This document shows, piece by piece, positions 8,971 to 18,484 of a stretch of 64,000 bases of DNA (its first letter is position 1; every line of letters begins with the position of its first letter). Position numbers and translations under genes: made by a program. A model generated the notes under the pieces. The model saw only the letters and a program-made list of their open reading frames with translations. It was not told the origin of the DNA and made no database searches. The DNA is from an uncultured Brevinematales bacterium. Its GTDB lineage: Bacteria > Spirochaetota > Brevinematia > Brevinematales > CAYRWR01. The DNA lies in contig CAZIAD010000001.1 in the NCBI GenBank assembly GCA_964537555.1, positions 5,732 to 69,731 of the forward strand, read 5' to 3'.

Positions 8971-9184
8971 AGACAAAGATGCCGCGGAGCAGGGTCCCGC
9001 TGGGGCAGGGGATATGCGCAACCCTGCCCGTCCTGCTTAGGGCCTGATCCCTTTGTACCGGGAAAGCAGGGAGTGAGGATGCAGCCCCGGAATATACATG
9101 GGGCTATGTTATGATTTATCTGTTTTATATAAGCTCATGCTGAGGGCCTGGCTTTGATTTTTCCCAGGACAAGGGAATACTGGT

Positions 9185-9838
9185 CTATCCTTCCAGAGTG
9201 CGGTCTTTGCCGGCTCCTTCGATATTGATGCCATCCAGACGGAAGGTGTTCTCCATGAGCTGTATCTCGGTATCCAGGTCCATGATATCATCCTGGAGCA
9301 GCTTGGCCAGCTGTTTTTCAAAGGCTTCTTCTATAGTGTCCAGCAGTTTTTCCACCTTGGTCAGAGAGCTGCGCACCTGCTCTGACACTCCGGCCTGTTT
9401 CTGGAGCTCGGTGTAACGGTTGATGATCTGGAGGGTCGCTTCAAAGGAATAATTGAGGAACTGACGGGCCGCCTTGATATCCTTGGGGTCTTTCTGGAAG
9501 TCCTCATAGATCTTCTCGATAAGGACGGTGATGGCCTCCAGTTTGGCCTTGATCTCGGTCTTTTTTACCTTAGGGATATAACTCCGCATGATCTTGATAC
9601 GCTGCGCCCCTTCTTTCAGGGTCTTATCCAGCATCTCCGGGGTCACCCCGTTCATGTGCAGTTCCACATCCTTTTCCTTTTCCGGAGCCAGTACAAAATA
9701 AATGCCGAAATAAGCGGCGGCAGAGATCAGTATAGCTACAATAGGGTTAAGCTTAAGAATGAATAAAAACAGAAGAAAAATAGCTCCCCCGGCAATTCCG
9801 GCCCAGAGAGATGCGGCACCTTTGGATTTTTCAGGCAT
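9185..9838 (-). CDS. membrane-anchored coiled-coil protein, XpaC (5-bromo-4-chloroindolyl phosphate hydrolysis protein)-like
   Basis: 217 aa; two N-terminal TM helices then long helical domain; family assignment from overall architecture only. Confidence 0.45.
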   Translation of the reverse strand: MPEKSKGAASLWAGIAGGAIFLLFLFILKLNPIVAILISAAAYFGIYFVLAPEKEKDVELHMNGVTPEMLDKTLKEGAQRIKIMRSYIPKVKKTEIKAKLEAITVLIEKIYEDFQKDPKDIKAARQFLNYSFEATLQIINRYTELQKQAGVSEQVRSSLTKVEKLLDTIEEAFEKQLAKLLQDDIMDLDTEIQLMENTFRLDGINIEGAGKDRTLEG

Positions 9839-9924
9839 GGATCACTCCTTGGATCTATTTGATTCCTAATACATCTATTATAACAGATATGATTAAAAAA
9901 AAACAGATTTCACGTTTAGTGGAT

Positions 9925-9952
9925 TTGACAAATCACATGCGGGTGCTATAAT
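9925..9952 (+). promoter_or_regulatory. sigma70-like promoter (TTGACA-16-TATAAT) for the ABC transporter operon
   Basis: TTGACA 9925-9930, TATAAT 9947-9952; SD ggagga at 10005-10010 before the ATG at 10019. Confidence 0.55.
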
Positions 9953-10018
9953 AGCATGAGTTTTTTACTTTTCTCATAGAGATTTATGTAATACAAGAAA
10001 TATATTGGAGGATTTGTT

Positions 10019-11074
10019 ATGAAAAAATTAGTGGTATTGTTGTCCCTGGGACTGATGTTGTTTGTTTCAGCCTGTGGCGGAGAAAAAGAACTGGTGATCA
10101 AGATACCTCTCGTGACCTGGGGTGGCTATGCAGCCCTGTTTGCTGCCAATGGCGGTGCCCAGCCCAGCACAAATTCACTGTTTTATAAATATGGAAAGTT
10201 TAAAGTAGAACTGGTACAGGAAGAAAACCCTGCCAACCAGCTCCAGGGATTTGCCAAGGGTAGCTACCAGATCATCTGGTCTACTATGGACATGCTGCCC
10301 CTGCACTATGACTCTCTGAGTAAGGATACCCGGACCGTACCCCAGGTCCTGGGCCTGTTTGACTTTTCAGCCGGGGGTGACGGTATCATCGTACGGGGAG
10401 ACATCAAGTCTGCGGCTGACATGAAAGGAAAGAAGATCGTCACTGCCCAGTATACCCCCTCACACTACTTTATCATGTGGTACCTGGACCAGGCCGGACT
10501 CACTGAAAAAGACGTAAACATGATCTACGTATCCGACGCCATCCTGGCCAAAGATACCTACATCAATGATAAAGACATATCGGTCTGTGTGACCTGGTCA
10601 CCCTTTATCTATGACATTACCGATCCCACCAAAGACACCTATGTGTCAGGCTCCAAGCTGCTCACCACTACCGCTCCCGGCAATGACTCCTATGGACTCA
10701 TCGCTGATGTCTACCTGGCCCGCAAGGACCTGGTGCAGGAGCATCCTGAAGTGATCGATGCCTTTGCCCGGGCCATGATCGAAGGTTATGACATCTTTAT
10801 GAGGGACCAGGATGCGGTAGCCGAGATGATCGCCGGCTTCTTCGGCCTCAAAGGCGGAGCAGAAGAGGTCAAGCTGATGTTCGGCGATGTCACTATAGGT
10901 GGAAAAAAAGAAAACCTGCAGTTCTTTGATGCTAAAAATAAATTTTCAGCATACAATATTTTCAATATCTCTACTGAACTGTATAAGAAGAACGGTGCGG
11001 TACTGCCGGCAGACTTTGCGGTAGACCCTAATTCTGTGATCTACAACCGGCCTATCATCACAGCTGCTCAATAA
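10019..11074 (+). CDS. ABC transporter substrate-binding lipoprotein, NMT1/SsuA/TauA (aliphatic sulfonate/nitrate/taurine) family
   Basis: 351 aa; signal peptide + lipobox (LFVSAC); 'KGKKIVTAQYTPSHYFIMWYL' SsuA-like motif. Confidence 0.75.
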   Translation: MKKLVVLLSLGLMLFVSACGGEKELVIKIPLVTWGGYAALFAANGGAQPSTNSLFYKYGKFKVELVQEENPANQLQGFAKGSYQIIWSTMDMLPLHYDSLSKDTRTVPQVLGLFDFSAGGDGIIVRGDIKSAADMKGKKIVTAQYTPSHYFIMWYLDQAGLTEKDVNMIYVSDAILAKDTYINDKDISVCVTWSPFIYDITDPTKDTYVSGSKLLTTTAPGNDSYGLIADVYLARKDLVQEHPEVIDAFARAMIEGYDIFMRDQDAVAEMIAGFFGLKGGAEEVKLMFGDVTIGGKKENLQFFDAKNKFSAYNIFNISTELYKKNGAVLPADFAVDPNSVIYNRPIITAAQ

Positions 11075-11091
11075 GACTAAGGGAGTATTAA

Positions 11092-12747
11092 ATGTCTAAA
11101 AAACTAATCGGGATCATTATCCTGGCTGCCATCATCATCGTAGGGGTGGTAGTGTATATATCTCAGTCCAAAGGCAGTGGCGGCGGATTCAGCGGCCAGT
11201 ATCAGGCCAAGCCTACCCCTGCCAGTATCACCGGTGTATCCGGATACAATATCTCTACCGTCAAGATAGACGGTAAAGACATACCTCTGATCAAAGTACC
11301 CCTGGTGACCTGGGGAGGTTATGCCGCCCTGTTTGCCGCCAATAAAGGGATCAAACCCAATAAAAACTCTCTGTTCTATAAGAACGGAGGATTTGTAGTA
11401 GAGCTGGTGCAGGAGGAAAATCCTATCACCCAGCTCCAGGAATATGCCAAGGGTAACTACCCCATCATCTGGTCAACTATGGACATGCTGCCCCTGATGT
11501 ATGACGTACTCAAGCAGGATAAACGGGTCATTCCCCAGGTGTTCGGTATATTTGACTGGTCCTTCGGGGGAGATGGAATTATCGTAAGAGGTAATATCAA
11601 GACCCCTAAAGACCTCAAAGGCAAGCGTATCGTGACTGCGGGGCATACCCCTTCCCACTACTTCCTGCTGTGGCTGCTGGCCCAGTCTGACATACAGCCC
11701 GCTGATGTACAGATCGTATATGTGGATGACGCGATCCAGGCCAAAGATGCCTTTATCAAAGACAAGAACATCGATGCCTGTGTGACCTGGTCACCCTTTA
11801 TCTATGACATCACCGACCCCAAGAACCGCTCCTACGTGGACGGGTCCCGCCTGCTCATCACCTCCAAGGATGCCAACCAGCTTATCGCTGACTGTTACCT
11901 GACCCGCCTGGACTTTGCCAAGGAACATCCTGAGATGGTAGAAGCCTTTTCCAAATCCATGATGGAGGGATTCCAGGAGTATACTGCCAATCCCGGTCCG
12001 GTGTACCAGTGGATCGCCGACCTGTTTAAGCTGCCCGGAGGAGCCAGTGATGCCAAGCTCATGATCGGAGATGTACATATTGCTAATTTCCCCGAGAACC
12101 TCATGTTCTTTGATATCAGTAATCCTATCAGCGCCTACAAGGTATTCTTCCTGTCCCACGAGTATTACAAGATGATAGGCAGTCTGCCCCAGGACTCCAG
12201 CTATGATGCAGAGACGGTGATCAACAGCTCCTTCCTGCAGAAGTTTAAGTCCCAGAACCTGTTTGCCTCCCAGCAGAATACCATCAAGAACTCCTTTAAC
12301 CGCCAGAGCAGCTTTAACATCGCTGACCTGGAGTCTAAAAAAGTAGTGCTGGCCCAGGACATCGAGATCTACTTCGACGCCCAGAGTGTGGACTTTGACT
12401 TTACTTCCAGCCGTGAAGAGATCGCCAATAACAAGAAGCTGCTGTCCAAAGTAGCCCAGCAGATGGACGTACTGGGTACCACCATCGTAAAGCTGGTAGG
12501 GCACCTGGACACCACCAAGGTAGCTGATTTTAAAGCCATGGGCGCTCAGGCCTTTATCGAAGCTTCCGCCCAGGCCAAGCTCATCTCCAAGAGAAGAGCC
12601 GAGTTTATCAAGACCATACTGGTAGAGAAGTACGGCTGTGACCCTCAGCGTATCATCACCGAGGGTAAGGGCTGGGACCAGCCTATAGACAGCACTGACC
12701 AGACCAAAAACCGCAGGGTGGAAGTACGCTTCCTGTCCTTTGAATAA
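11092..12747 (+). CDS. TM-anchored SsuA-like substrate-binding domain fused to C-terminal OmpA-like peptidoglycan-binding domain
   Basis: 551 aa; N-terminal TM helix, SBP core paralogous to 10019..11074 (VTWGGYAALFAAN shared), C-terminus 'GHLDTT...NRRVEVRF' OmpA_C signature. Confidence 0.7.
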   Translation: MSKKLIGIIILAAIIIVGVVVYISQSKGSGGGFSGQYQAKPTPASITGVSGYNISTVKIDGKDIPLIKVPLVTWGGYAALFAANKGIKPNKNSLFYKNGGFVVELVQEENPITQLQEYAKGNYPIIWSTMDMLPLMYDVLKQDKRVIPQVFGIFDWSFGGDGIIVRGNIKTPKDLKGKRIVTAGHTPSHYFLLWLLAQSDIQPADVQIVYVDDAIQAKDAFIKDKNIDACVTWSPFIYDITDPKNRSYVDGSRLLITSKDANQLIADCYLTRLDFAKEHPEMVEAFSKSMMEGFQEYTANPGPVYQWIADLFKLPGGASDAKLMIGDVHIANFPENLMFFDISNPISAYKVFFLSHEYYKMIGSLPQDSSYDAETVINSSFLQKFKSQNLFASQQNTIKNSFNRQSSFNIADLESKKVVLAQDIEIYFDAQSVDFDFTSSREEIANNKKLLSKVAQQMDVLGTTIVKLVGHLDTTKVADFKAMGAQAFIEASAQAKLISKRRAEFIKTILVEKYGCDPQRIITEGKGWDQPIDSTDQTKNRRVEVRFLSFE

Positions 12748-12759
12748 CAGGGCTGGTCT

Positions 12760-13608
12760 ATGAATCCTAAGAAAAAGATATGGATACGTAAAGAGATCGA
12801 CCCCTGGCAGAAGATTCTGCTGGGGGCGGTTTTTGTAGTCTCATTTTTAATACTGTGGTTTATCCTCACCACTGCCCCCACGGTGGAGCAGCGCATCATC
12901 TCCCGTAATGTACTGCCTAACCCTGTGGATATAGTCAAGGCCTTTCCTCAGCTCATTATAGGCACACCGGAAGCCTTTGTGTGGAAAAAATCCCTGTTTT
13001 ATGCGATCTGGCTCAGTCTGAGCCGGGAACTGCTGGCCTTTACAGTAGTGTGCGGCCTTTCTATACCGCTGGGGATCTTTATGAGCACCAGCCATAAGGT
13101 CCGTTCTTTCTTTAATCCCATGCTCATTGTCGGGACGTTTATCCCCATTGCCGCCCTGATCCCTCTGACTCAGGCTATTTTCGGGATCGATGAACTTCAA
13201 AAAGTGGTGTTCCTGGCCCTGGGTATGTTCTTTGTCCTGCTGGCCCTGGTCATTAAAGAGATGGATGAAGTGGAAGGTACCCTGCTCAATACCGCCTACA
13301 CCCTGGGGTTCACCCAGTTACAGACGGTATTTCGGGTGATCTTTCCCACCGCCCTGCCCCGTATCTGGAAGCACCTCAGTGCGGTATTCGGCCTGGGATG
13401 GGGCTATATTATCTTTGCCGAAATGATCAATACGGGAGGGGGTGACCAGGTCAATGGTATAGGCTGGCTCTTTATAGCCCGGCAGCGCCGTTTCCAGGTA
13501 GCCGATATGTATGCCATATTTATCGTGATCATTCTGTTCGCCTTCCTTTTTTCCTGGTTATTCCAGCTCAGTGCCCGCATCCTGTTTAAACACGAAAGGG
13601 AGAATTAA
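12760..13608 (+). CDS. ABC transporter permease (SsuC/TauC-like)
   Basis: 282 aa; 6 TM helices; BPD-transporter inner-membrane component pattern. Confidence 0.75.
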   Translation: MNPKKKIWIRKEIDPWQKILLGAVFVVSFLILWFILTTAPTVEQRIISRNVLPNPVDIVKAFPQLIIGTPEAFVWKKSLFYAIWLSLSRELLAFTVVCGLSIPLGIFMSTSHKVRSFFNPMLIVGTFIPIAALIPLTQAIFGIDELQKVVFLALGMFFVLLALVIKEMDEVEGTLLNTAYTLGFTQLQTVFRVIFPTALPRIWKHLSAVFGLGWGYIIFAEMINTGGGDQVNGIGWLFIARQRRFQVADMYAIFIVIILFAFLFSWLFQLSARILFKHEREN

Positions 13609-14502
13609 ATGAAAACACCAGAAACATTGATAAATATCCCTCCACAGGTAGACCCCGATGTCTTTAAAAAACTTAAAGAGTATGAAGCGAGCCGCAAACA
13701 GGAAGTACTCCGGCCCGTACCGGTTCTGGAAGCCATCCACGCGGTAAAAAGTTTTGGTTCCAACCTGGTCATTCCCGATCTGGATTTCAGGATCGATGAC
13801 ATCCAGGACAAGTCTGAGATCATTTCAGTGATAGGCCCCTCGGGATGTGGAAAGTCCACTATTCTCAAACTCATAGCCGGACTGCTGGAACCTACCGACG
13901 GGGAAATACGGGTGTTTGGGAAAAAAGTGACCGGGCCCGGCATGGACCGGGGTATGATCTTCCAGAAATATTCCTCCTTTCCATTTCTCACTGTCCTGGA
14001 CAATGTAGCCTATCCCCTCATCCATATAAAGAAAATGAACCGCAGTGATGCTCTGGACATAGCCCGGGAATGGGTCATAAAGATGTACCTCAATGGCGCA
14101 GAGGACAAGTATCCCTATCAGCTCTCGGGCGGTATGCAGCAGAGAGTGGCCATAGCCCGTACCCTGGCCATGAATGCCAAGATCGTGCTCATGGATGAAC
14201 CTTTTGGAGCCCTGGACCGTAAAATCCGCTGGGAAATGCAGGATCTGATCGCTGAGCTGGCTTTTATCAAACCCACGACAGAATTTACCATACTCATAGT
14301 CACTCATGATATTCCTGAGGCCATCTATCTGGGTGACCGGATTTGGACTATATTTAACGGGGATATATATAAAAGTGACCATGTAGAGCGTCCCATAGAA
14401 CCGGCCCGGGTCGCCCAGAGCCGCAAGGAATTTCAGGATATGGTGTCCCACTTTAATGAGCTAATAGATAAGCTGGCCCTCAACAGCCCGGAATCAGAAT
14501 AG
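13609..14502 (+). CDS. ABC transporter ATP-binding protein
   Basis: Walker A GPSGCGKST, signature LSGGMQQRVAIARTL, Walker B VLMDEP; start overlaps the permease stop. Confidence 0.9.
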   Translation: MKTPETLINIPPQVDPDVFKKLKEYEASRKQEVLRPVPVLEAIHAVKSFGSNLVIPDLDFRIDDIQDKSEIISVIGPSGCGKSTILKLIAGLLEPTDGEIRVFGKKVTGPGMDRGMIFQKYSSFPFLTVLDNVAYPLIHIKKMNRSDALDIAREWVIKMYLNGAEDKYPYQLSGGMQQRVAIARTLAMNAKIVLMDEPFGALDRKIRWEMQDLIAELAFIKPTTEFTILIVTHDIPEAIYLGDRIWTIFNGDIYKSDHVERPIEPARVAQSRKEFQDMVSHFNELIDKLALNSPESE

Positions 14503-14530
14503 AATTTAAAAGAGTATTCAGGAGAATAAC

Positions 14531-15370
14531 ATGGCAAATAGTTCAAAGAAAAGTAATCCTATTGCTATTATAATCACCGCCGTCATATTTATCATCACCA
14601 TCAGGATCATACGAAATGCGGATAATCCCAAAACTAAGGATAATGTCAGTAGCCCCCGCTCCAAAGGCTATGAGATCACGTTTGGAGAAAACTTTAAAAA
14701 AGGCCTGGCCTCTCAGGATGACCTAGGCATATCTATCATAGTAGGAGTGGATACTTCCGGATCCATGGGTGAGACAGCCCGGGGAGACAATGCCCCTAAA
14801 TACCGTATAGCCTCCCAGTCCATGTCCGAGATAGTAGGCTTTCTGGAGAGTATCTATAACACTCAGTTTAAAAAAGAAAACCTCAAGTTAAAACTGGGAA
14901 TACTGAAATTCAGCTCCAGTGTGGATGTTTTGTACGATCTCACCGAGATGGATATGGAAAAATTTAAGGACCTGAAACGCATAGTAGGCAATCCCAATAC
15001 TTTCTCACCCGATGGAGGTACTGCCATCGGAGATACTATGGAAAAAGGGATAGAGATGCTGTCCCAGTCCGGTACTATCTTCCGCAGCCTCATCGTTATC
15101 ACTGACGGAGAGAATACCCAGGGGGTAGATCCGGCTAAAGTCATGAAAGCTATGGTGGAAAACCGGAATAATAAAAATACGGAAGATTATCCCGTACTCA
15201 CCTCTACCATACTGACCAGTTTTGTAGGCTTTGATATCAATGCCAGTGTCTTCCAGAACCTGAATGATCTGGGGGCCCGGGTCACTTCCGCCCAGAACCG
15301 TGAGCAGCTGAACCAGTCTCTGCGCACTATCTTTGTAGCTGACATCACCAAGCTGGAGTCTGGAAAGTAG
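14531..15370 (+). CDS. membrane-anchored von Willebrand factor A (VWA) domain protein
   Basis: 279 aa; N-terminal TM; MIDAS motif DTSGSMG and 'VITDGENT'. Confidence 0.7.
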   Translation: MANSSKKSNPIAIIITAVIFIITIRIIRNADNPKTKDNVSSPRSKGYEITFGENFKKGLASQDDLGISIIVGVDTSGSMGETARGDNAPKYRIASQSMSEIVGFLESIYNTQFKKENLKLKLGILKFSSSVDVLYDLTEMDMEKFKDLKRIVGNPNTFSPDGGTAIGDTMEKGIEMLSQSGTIFRSLIVITDGENTQGVDPAKVMKAMVENRNNKNTEDYPVLTSTILTSFVGFDINASVFQNLNDLGARVTSAQNREQLNQSLRTIFVADITKLESGK

Positions 15371-15384
15371 GATTAATAAAAAAC

Positions 15385-15420
15385 CAGAAAGGGCTGTCTT
15401 ATTGGCAGCCCTTTTTTTAT
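15385..15420. terminator. bidirectional rho-independent terminator
   Basis: hairpin aaagggctg-tcttattg-cagcccttt flanked by A-run and T-run, between convergent genes. Confidence 0.7.
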
Positions 15421-16643
15421 TTAATTGATATATTATTTATCTTTATCCATTCATCGACAGATCTGTCATCGATTTTGGTATTGCTATCCTTCAGGGCCTT
15501 ATAGGTTTTCCTGGAAATCGATACGACCGGATTCCCTTTGAGCCATAACTTTTTGAGATCTCTCTGATTTTCCAGGCCTTCTATATGAGAGATTCTGTTT
15601 TTTTCCAGGTCCAGTTCTTTAAGTCTGACCAGAGTACTGAGGCCTTCTATCTTCTCAATGTGGTTACCATGCAGGATCAGGACCTCCAGTTCAGTCAGAT
15701 TTTCCAGATTTTCTATTCTGCTGATCTGATTATCATAGATCTTGAGTAAGTTCAGTTTTTTCAGATTTTCCAGGCCTTCTATCCTGGTATATCGGCTCTG
15801 TGACAGCTTGAGCTCACGAAGATTGACGAGCTTATCCAGATTCTCAATTTTAGAAATAGGGTTTTCAGCTACATAGAGTTTTTTAAGGGTGACCAGCTTA
15901 TCCAGATTTTCCAGCCGGGAGATCCGGTTACTGGTTATGTTGAGATAAGTCAGTTGAGGCAGCTCATCCAGATTTTCTATTTTGCTGATCTGATTAAGAT
16001 ACAGAGAAAGGGTCTTTAGCTTTTTTAAGGCACTGACATTTTCTATCTTAGTGATACGGTTGTTATCCAGATTAATATATTTCAGATTTTTCAGAGAAGA
16101 GATATGGTCTATCTTCCCGATCTTATTCAGATAGATCTCAATATGCTCCAGTGAGGTGAGATCTTCCAGGCCCTGCAGACTCTGTATCTGATTATTATCC
16201 AGGAGTATCTTTTTTAGATGCTGTAGTTTGCTTAAACCTTCTATCTTCATTATCTTACAGCCATTCAGGGTAAGGGTACTGAGCTCAGTCAATGGATCCA
16301 GATTTTCGATCCTGGTGATGGGATTTCCGCCCAGATACAGATTTTGCAATCCGCGCAAGCTGTCCAGGTTCTCTATTTTACTGATCTGATTTTCACCCAG
16401 ATACAGATCTCTCAGCATAGTAAGGCTGGACAGATTTTCTATCCGAGTAATACGGTTTTTAGATAAATACAAAGATCTCAAGGCGTGAAATTCATCCAGG
16501 CCTTCGATCTTAGTGATTGCTTTGGACTGGAGACGCAGGATCGAGGTATCTGCAGGCCATTGCCTGCCCATAAATTCTATAGTATTACTAAAAGAAAAGG
16601 TGCTGCATAATAAAAGAATGCTGATCACAAGTGTTTTTTTCAT
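15417..16643 (-). CDS. secreted leucine-rich repeat (LRR) protein, internalin-like 22-residue repeats
   Basis: ORF 15417..16715; likely start at internal Met (MKKTLVISILLLCSTFSFS signal peptide); about 17 tandem 'LxxLxxLxLxxNxIxxIENL' units. Confidence 0.8.
   Translation of the reverse strand: MKKTLVISILLLCSTFSFSNTIEFMGRQWPADTSILRLQSKAITKIEGLDEFHALRSLYLSKNRITRIENLSSLTMLRDLYLGENQISKIENLDSLRGLQNLYLGGNPITRIENLDPLTELSTLTLNGCKIMKIEGLSKLQHLKKILLDNNQIQSLQGLEDLTSLEHIEIYLNKIGKIDHISSLKNLKYINLDNNRITKIENVSALKKLKTLSLYLNQISKIENLDELPQLTYLNITSNRISRLENLDKLVTLKKLYVAENPISKIENLDKLVNLRELKLSQSRYTRIEGLENLKKLNLLKIYDNQISRIENLENLTELEVLILHGNHIEKIEGLSTLVRLKELDLEKNRISHIEGLENQRDLKKLWLKGNPVVSISRKTYKALKDSNTKIDDRSVDEWIKINNISIK
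15520..16500. repeat. tandem 66-bp DNA repeats encoding the LRR units
   Basis: periodic recurrence of 'ccagattttc(t/c)a' style motifs every 66 nt along the CDS. Confidence 0.6.
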
Positions 16644-16767
16644 GTATTTGCGCCTCTTAGCTAAATTTTCATCTATTTTAGCCTGAAATCCCGTAAAAAG
16701 CGAAATTCCATACAAAAAGACCCGCCTTTAAAAAGACGGGACTTTTACTTATCTACATGAATGTTCT

Positions 16768-17562
16768 TTATCTCTCGAATTCCCTGATCTCCCCGGCGCA
16801 GATACTGGCTCCCCCGTCCACATAGAGGACCTGGCCGGTGATCTTTTTGGAATACTGTCCCAGGAGGTAGACCACCGCATTGGCTACTTCCTGCTTGTCA
16901 GCCTGGGTGTCCCAGGGCAGAGGGCTGATAGCCTGCCACATATCAGTGAGGCCGCCGAATCCGGGGATCTTGGATGCAGCTTTGGTGTGGAGAGGGCCGG
17001 CTGATACGGCATTGATACGCACCAGGTCTTTACCATGACGTCGGGCCAGGCCCCGTACCACCGCTTCCAGGGCGGCTTTATTGACACTCATCCAGTTGTA
17101 ATAGGGATAGGCCCTCTGGGAGTCAAAACTCATGGCTACCACGGCTCCGCCCTCTTTCATATTAGGCTGGGCATAGCGGGTCACCGGAGCCAGGGAGGCT
17201 GCGGATATGTAGTAACCCAGCTTGAGGTCATCTACGGCATCAGTATGGAACTCCTCACCGAGGCAGGTCTGGGGATTGGCAAAGGCTATAGAGTGCACTA
17301 CCCCCTTGATTGGCCCCAGTTCCTCAAACAGTTTTTTTATTTCTTCTGTTATGGTGATATCACAGTAGCGAATATCCAGGCTGTCCCTTTCATCCTTACT
17401 CAGTGCTTTACTGCGGTCAAAAAATATAGTTTTCATACGTTCATTTTGTACAGTATAGATCACTTTTCCACCCATGGCTTCTATAGTTTTGCCGGTCCAA
17501 TAGGCTATGGAATCACTATCCAGCAGCCCCATCACTACATAAGTCTCGCCTTTTTCGATCAT
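16768..17562 (-). CDS. fabI: enoyl-[acyl-carrier-protein] reductase (NADH), FabI
   Basis: 264 aa; 'GVVHSIAFA', Y-x6-K catalytic pair in 'YNWMSVNKAALEAVVR', 'VRINAVSAGPLHTKAAS' match FabI. Confidence 0.85.
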   Translation of the reverse strand: MIEKGETYVVMGLLDSDSIAYWTGKTIEAMGGKVIYTVQNERMKTIFFDRSKALSKDERDSLDIRYCDITITEEIKKLFEELGPIKGVVHSIAFANPQTCLGEEFHTDAVDDLKLGYYISAASLAPVTRYAQPNMKEGGAVVAMSFDSQRAYPYYNWMSVNKAALEAVVRGLARRHGKDLVRINAVSAGPLHTKAASKIPGFGGLTDMWQAISPLPWDTQADKQEVANAVVYLLGQYSKKITGQVLYVDGGASICAGEIREFER

Positions 17563-17785
17563 GATTTTCTCCTCTTCACTAATTCTTACTTTGTTAGTAT
17601 GAATTATACAATGAGACGGAAGAAAAAGCTAAAAAACTAATATAATGAAAGGCACAAATACCTCAAATTATTTCAAAGTACTTTAAAAACCGGGGTTTTG
17701 GATGTATCTTATAGTATCTTGATATTTTCTGGCTATTTTAACAGGCTCTGAATAAAATAAATGATTCAATATAGGAGGATTCTTT

Positions 17786-18412
17786 ATGATTAAGAAATAT
17801 GTAATAGCACTGTCTGCACTGGTATTGGCCGGCTCGATACTATCCTGTAACCAGCCCAAGGCGGATATGAAACCTGAAGCTATAGTCCTGTTAAGAAGCC
17901 CTGACCCGGCACCCAAGTGGGTTACAGATGAAAACTATAAAGTTATGCGAAAAAACGGGGTTAAACAGATCTTTTTTATTATTGAGACCATCCGGCCTAC
18001 CCTGGAGAAGGCCAAACAGGAGGCGGATATCAACAAAAATGCCTATGTGGCCAACATGATACAGCAGTTTACCTCTACTGAGATGGTAAAAGCCCTGGAG
18101 GGAATGCTCAATGAAACTGAAGACGCCGATGTCTACTTCTCCCAGATCAGTGCCTCTATTTCCCGCAATGTCAACACCGGTGGTATTATGCCTGCCGGAG
18201 AATATTATGAAAAGCTGTCCGAAGCAAAGGGAACGACCAATATCATCAGTTACCGCTATAACCTGAGAGTCTCCCTGGATTATGACACACTGCAGCAGAG
18301 AATACTGAATGCTACTCAGCTCGAAGAAGCAAAGATAAAGGCCAAACTTAAAGACCCTGAGATGGATATAAACGGAAAACTGAAAAAACAACTGGAGCAG
18401 ATCGGAGAATAA
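17786..18412 (+). CDS. lipoprotein of unknown function
   Basis: 208 aa; signal peptide with lipobox ILSC; SD aggagg before ATG. Confidence 0.55.
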   Translation: MIKKYVIALSALVLAGSILSCNQPKADMKPEAIVLLRSPDPAPKWVTDENYKVMRKNGVKQIFFIIETIRPTLEKAKQEADINKNAYVANMIQQFTSTEMVKALEGMLNETEDADVYFSQISASISRNVNTGGIMPAGEYYEKLSEAKGTTNIISYRYNLRVSLDYDTLQQRILNATQLEEAKIKAKLKDPEMDINGKLKKQLEQIGE

Positions 18413-18440
18413 TTTTAATGAAGCAATATCAATAAGAAAA

Positions 18441-18470
18441 ACCCGTCTCCAGAGGAGACGGGTTTGATTT
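18441..18470. terminator. bidirectional rho-independent terminator
   Basis: hairpin acccgtctcc-agag-gagacgggtt followed by T-rich run. Confidence 0.75.
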
Positions 18471-18484
18471 TGCAATAATAGAGC

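Noticed and set aside
8788-9114. 108-aa Arg-rich ORF spanning the repeat element and the GC-rich leader
   Set aside because: It runs through the palindromic repeat, has extreme Arg/Gly composition and no SD, and is better explained as non-coding repeat/leader sequence.
11791-12504. 237-aa antisense ORF within the SBP-OmpA gene (and similar shadow ORFs at 25162..26817, 29663..30358, 31405..32507, 34195..34692, 37577..38164, 42090..43001, 52558..53285)
   Set aside because: All are embedded opposite to, or out of frame with, strongly supported genes and show low-complexity composition; treated as spurious.
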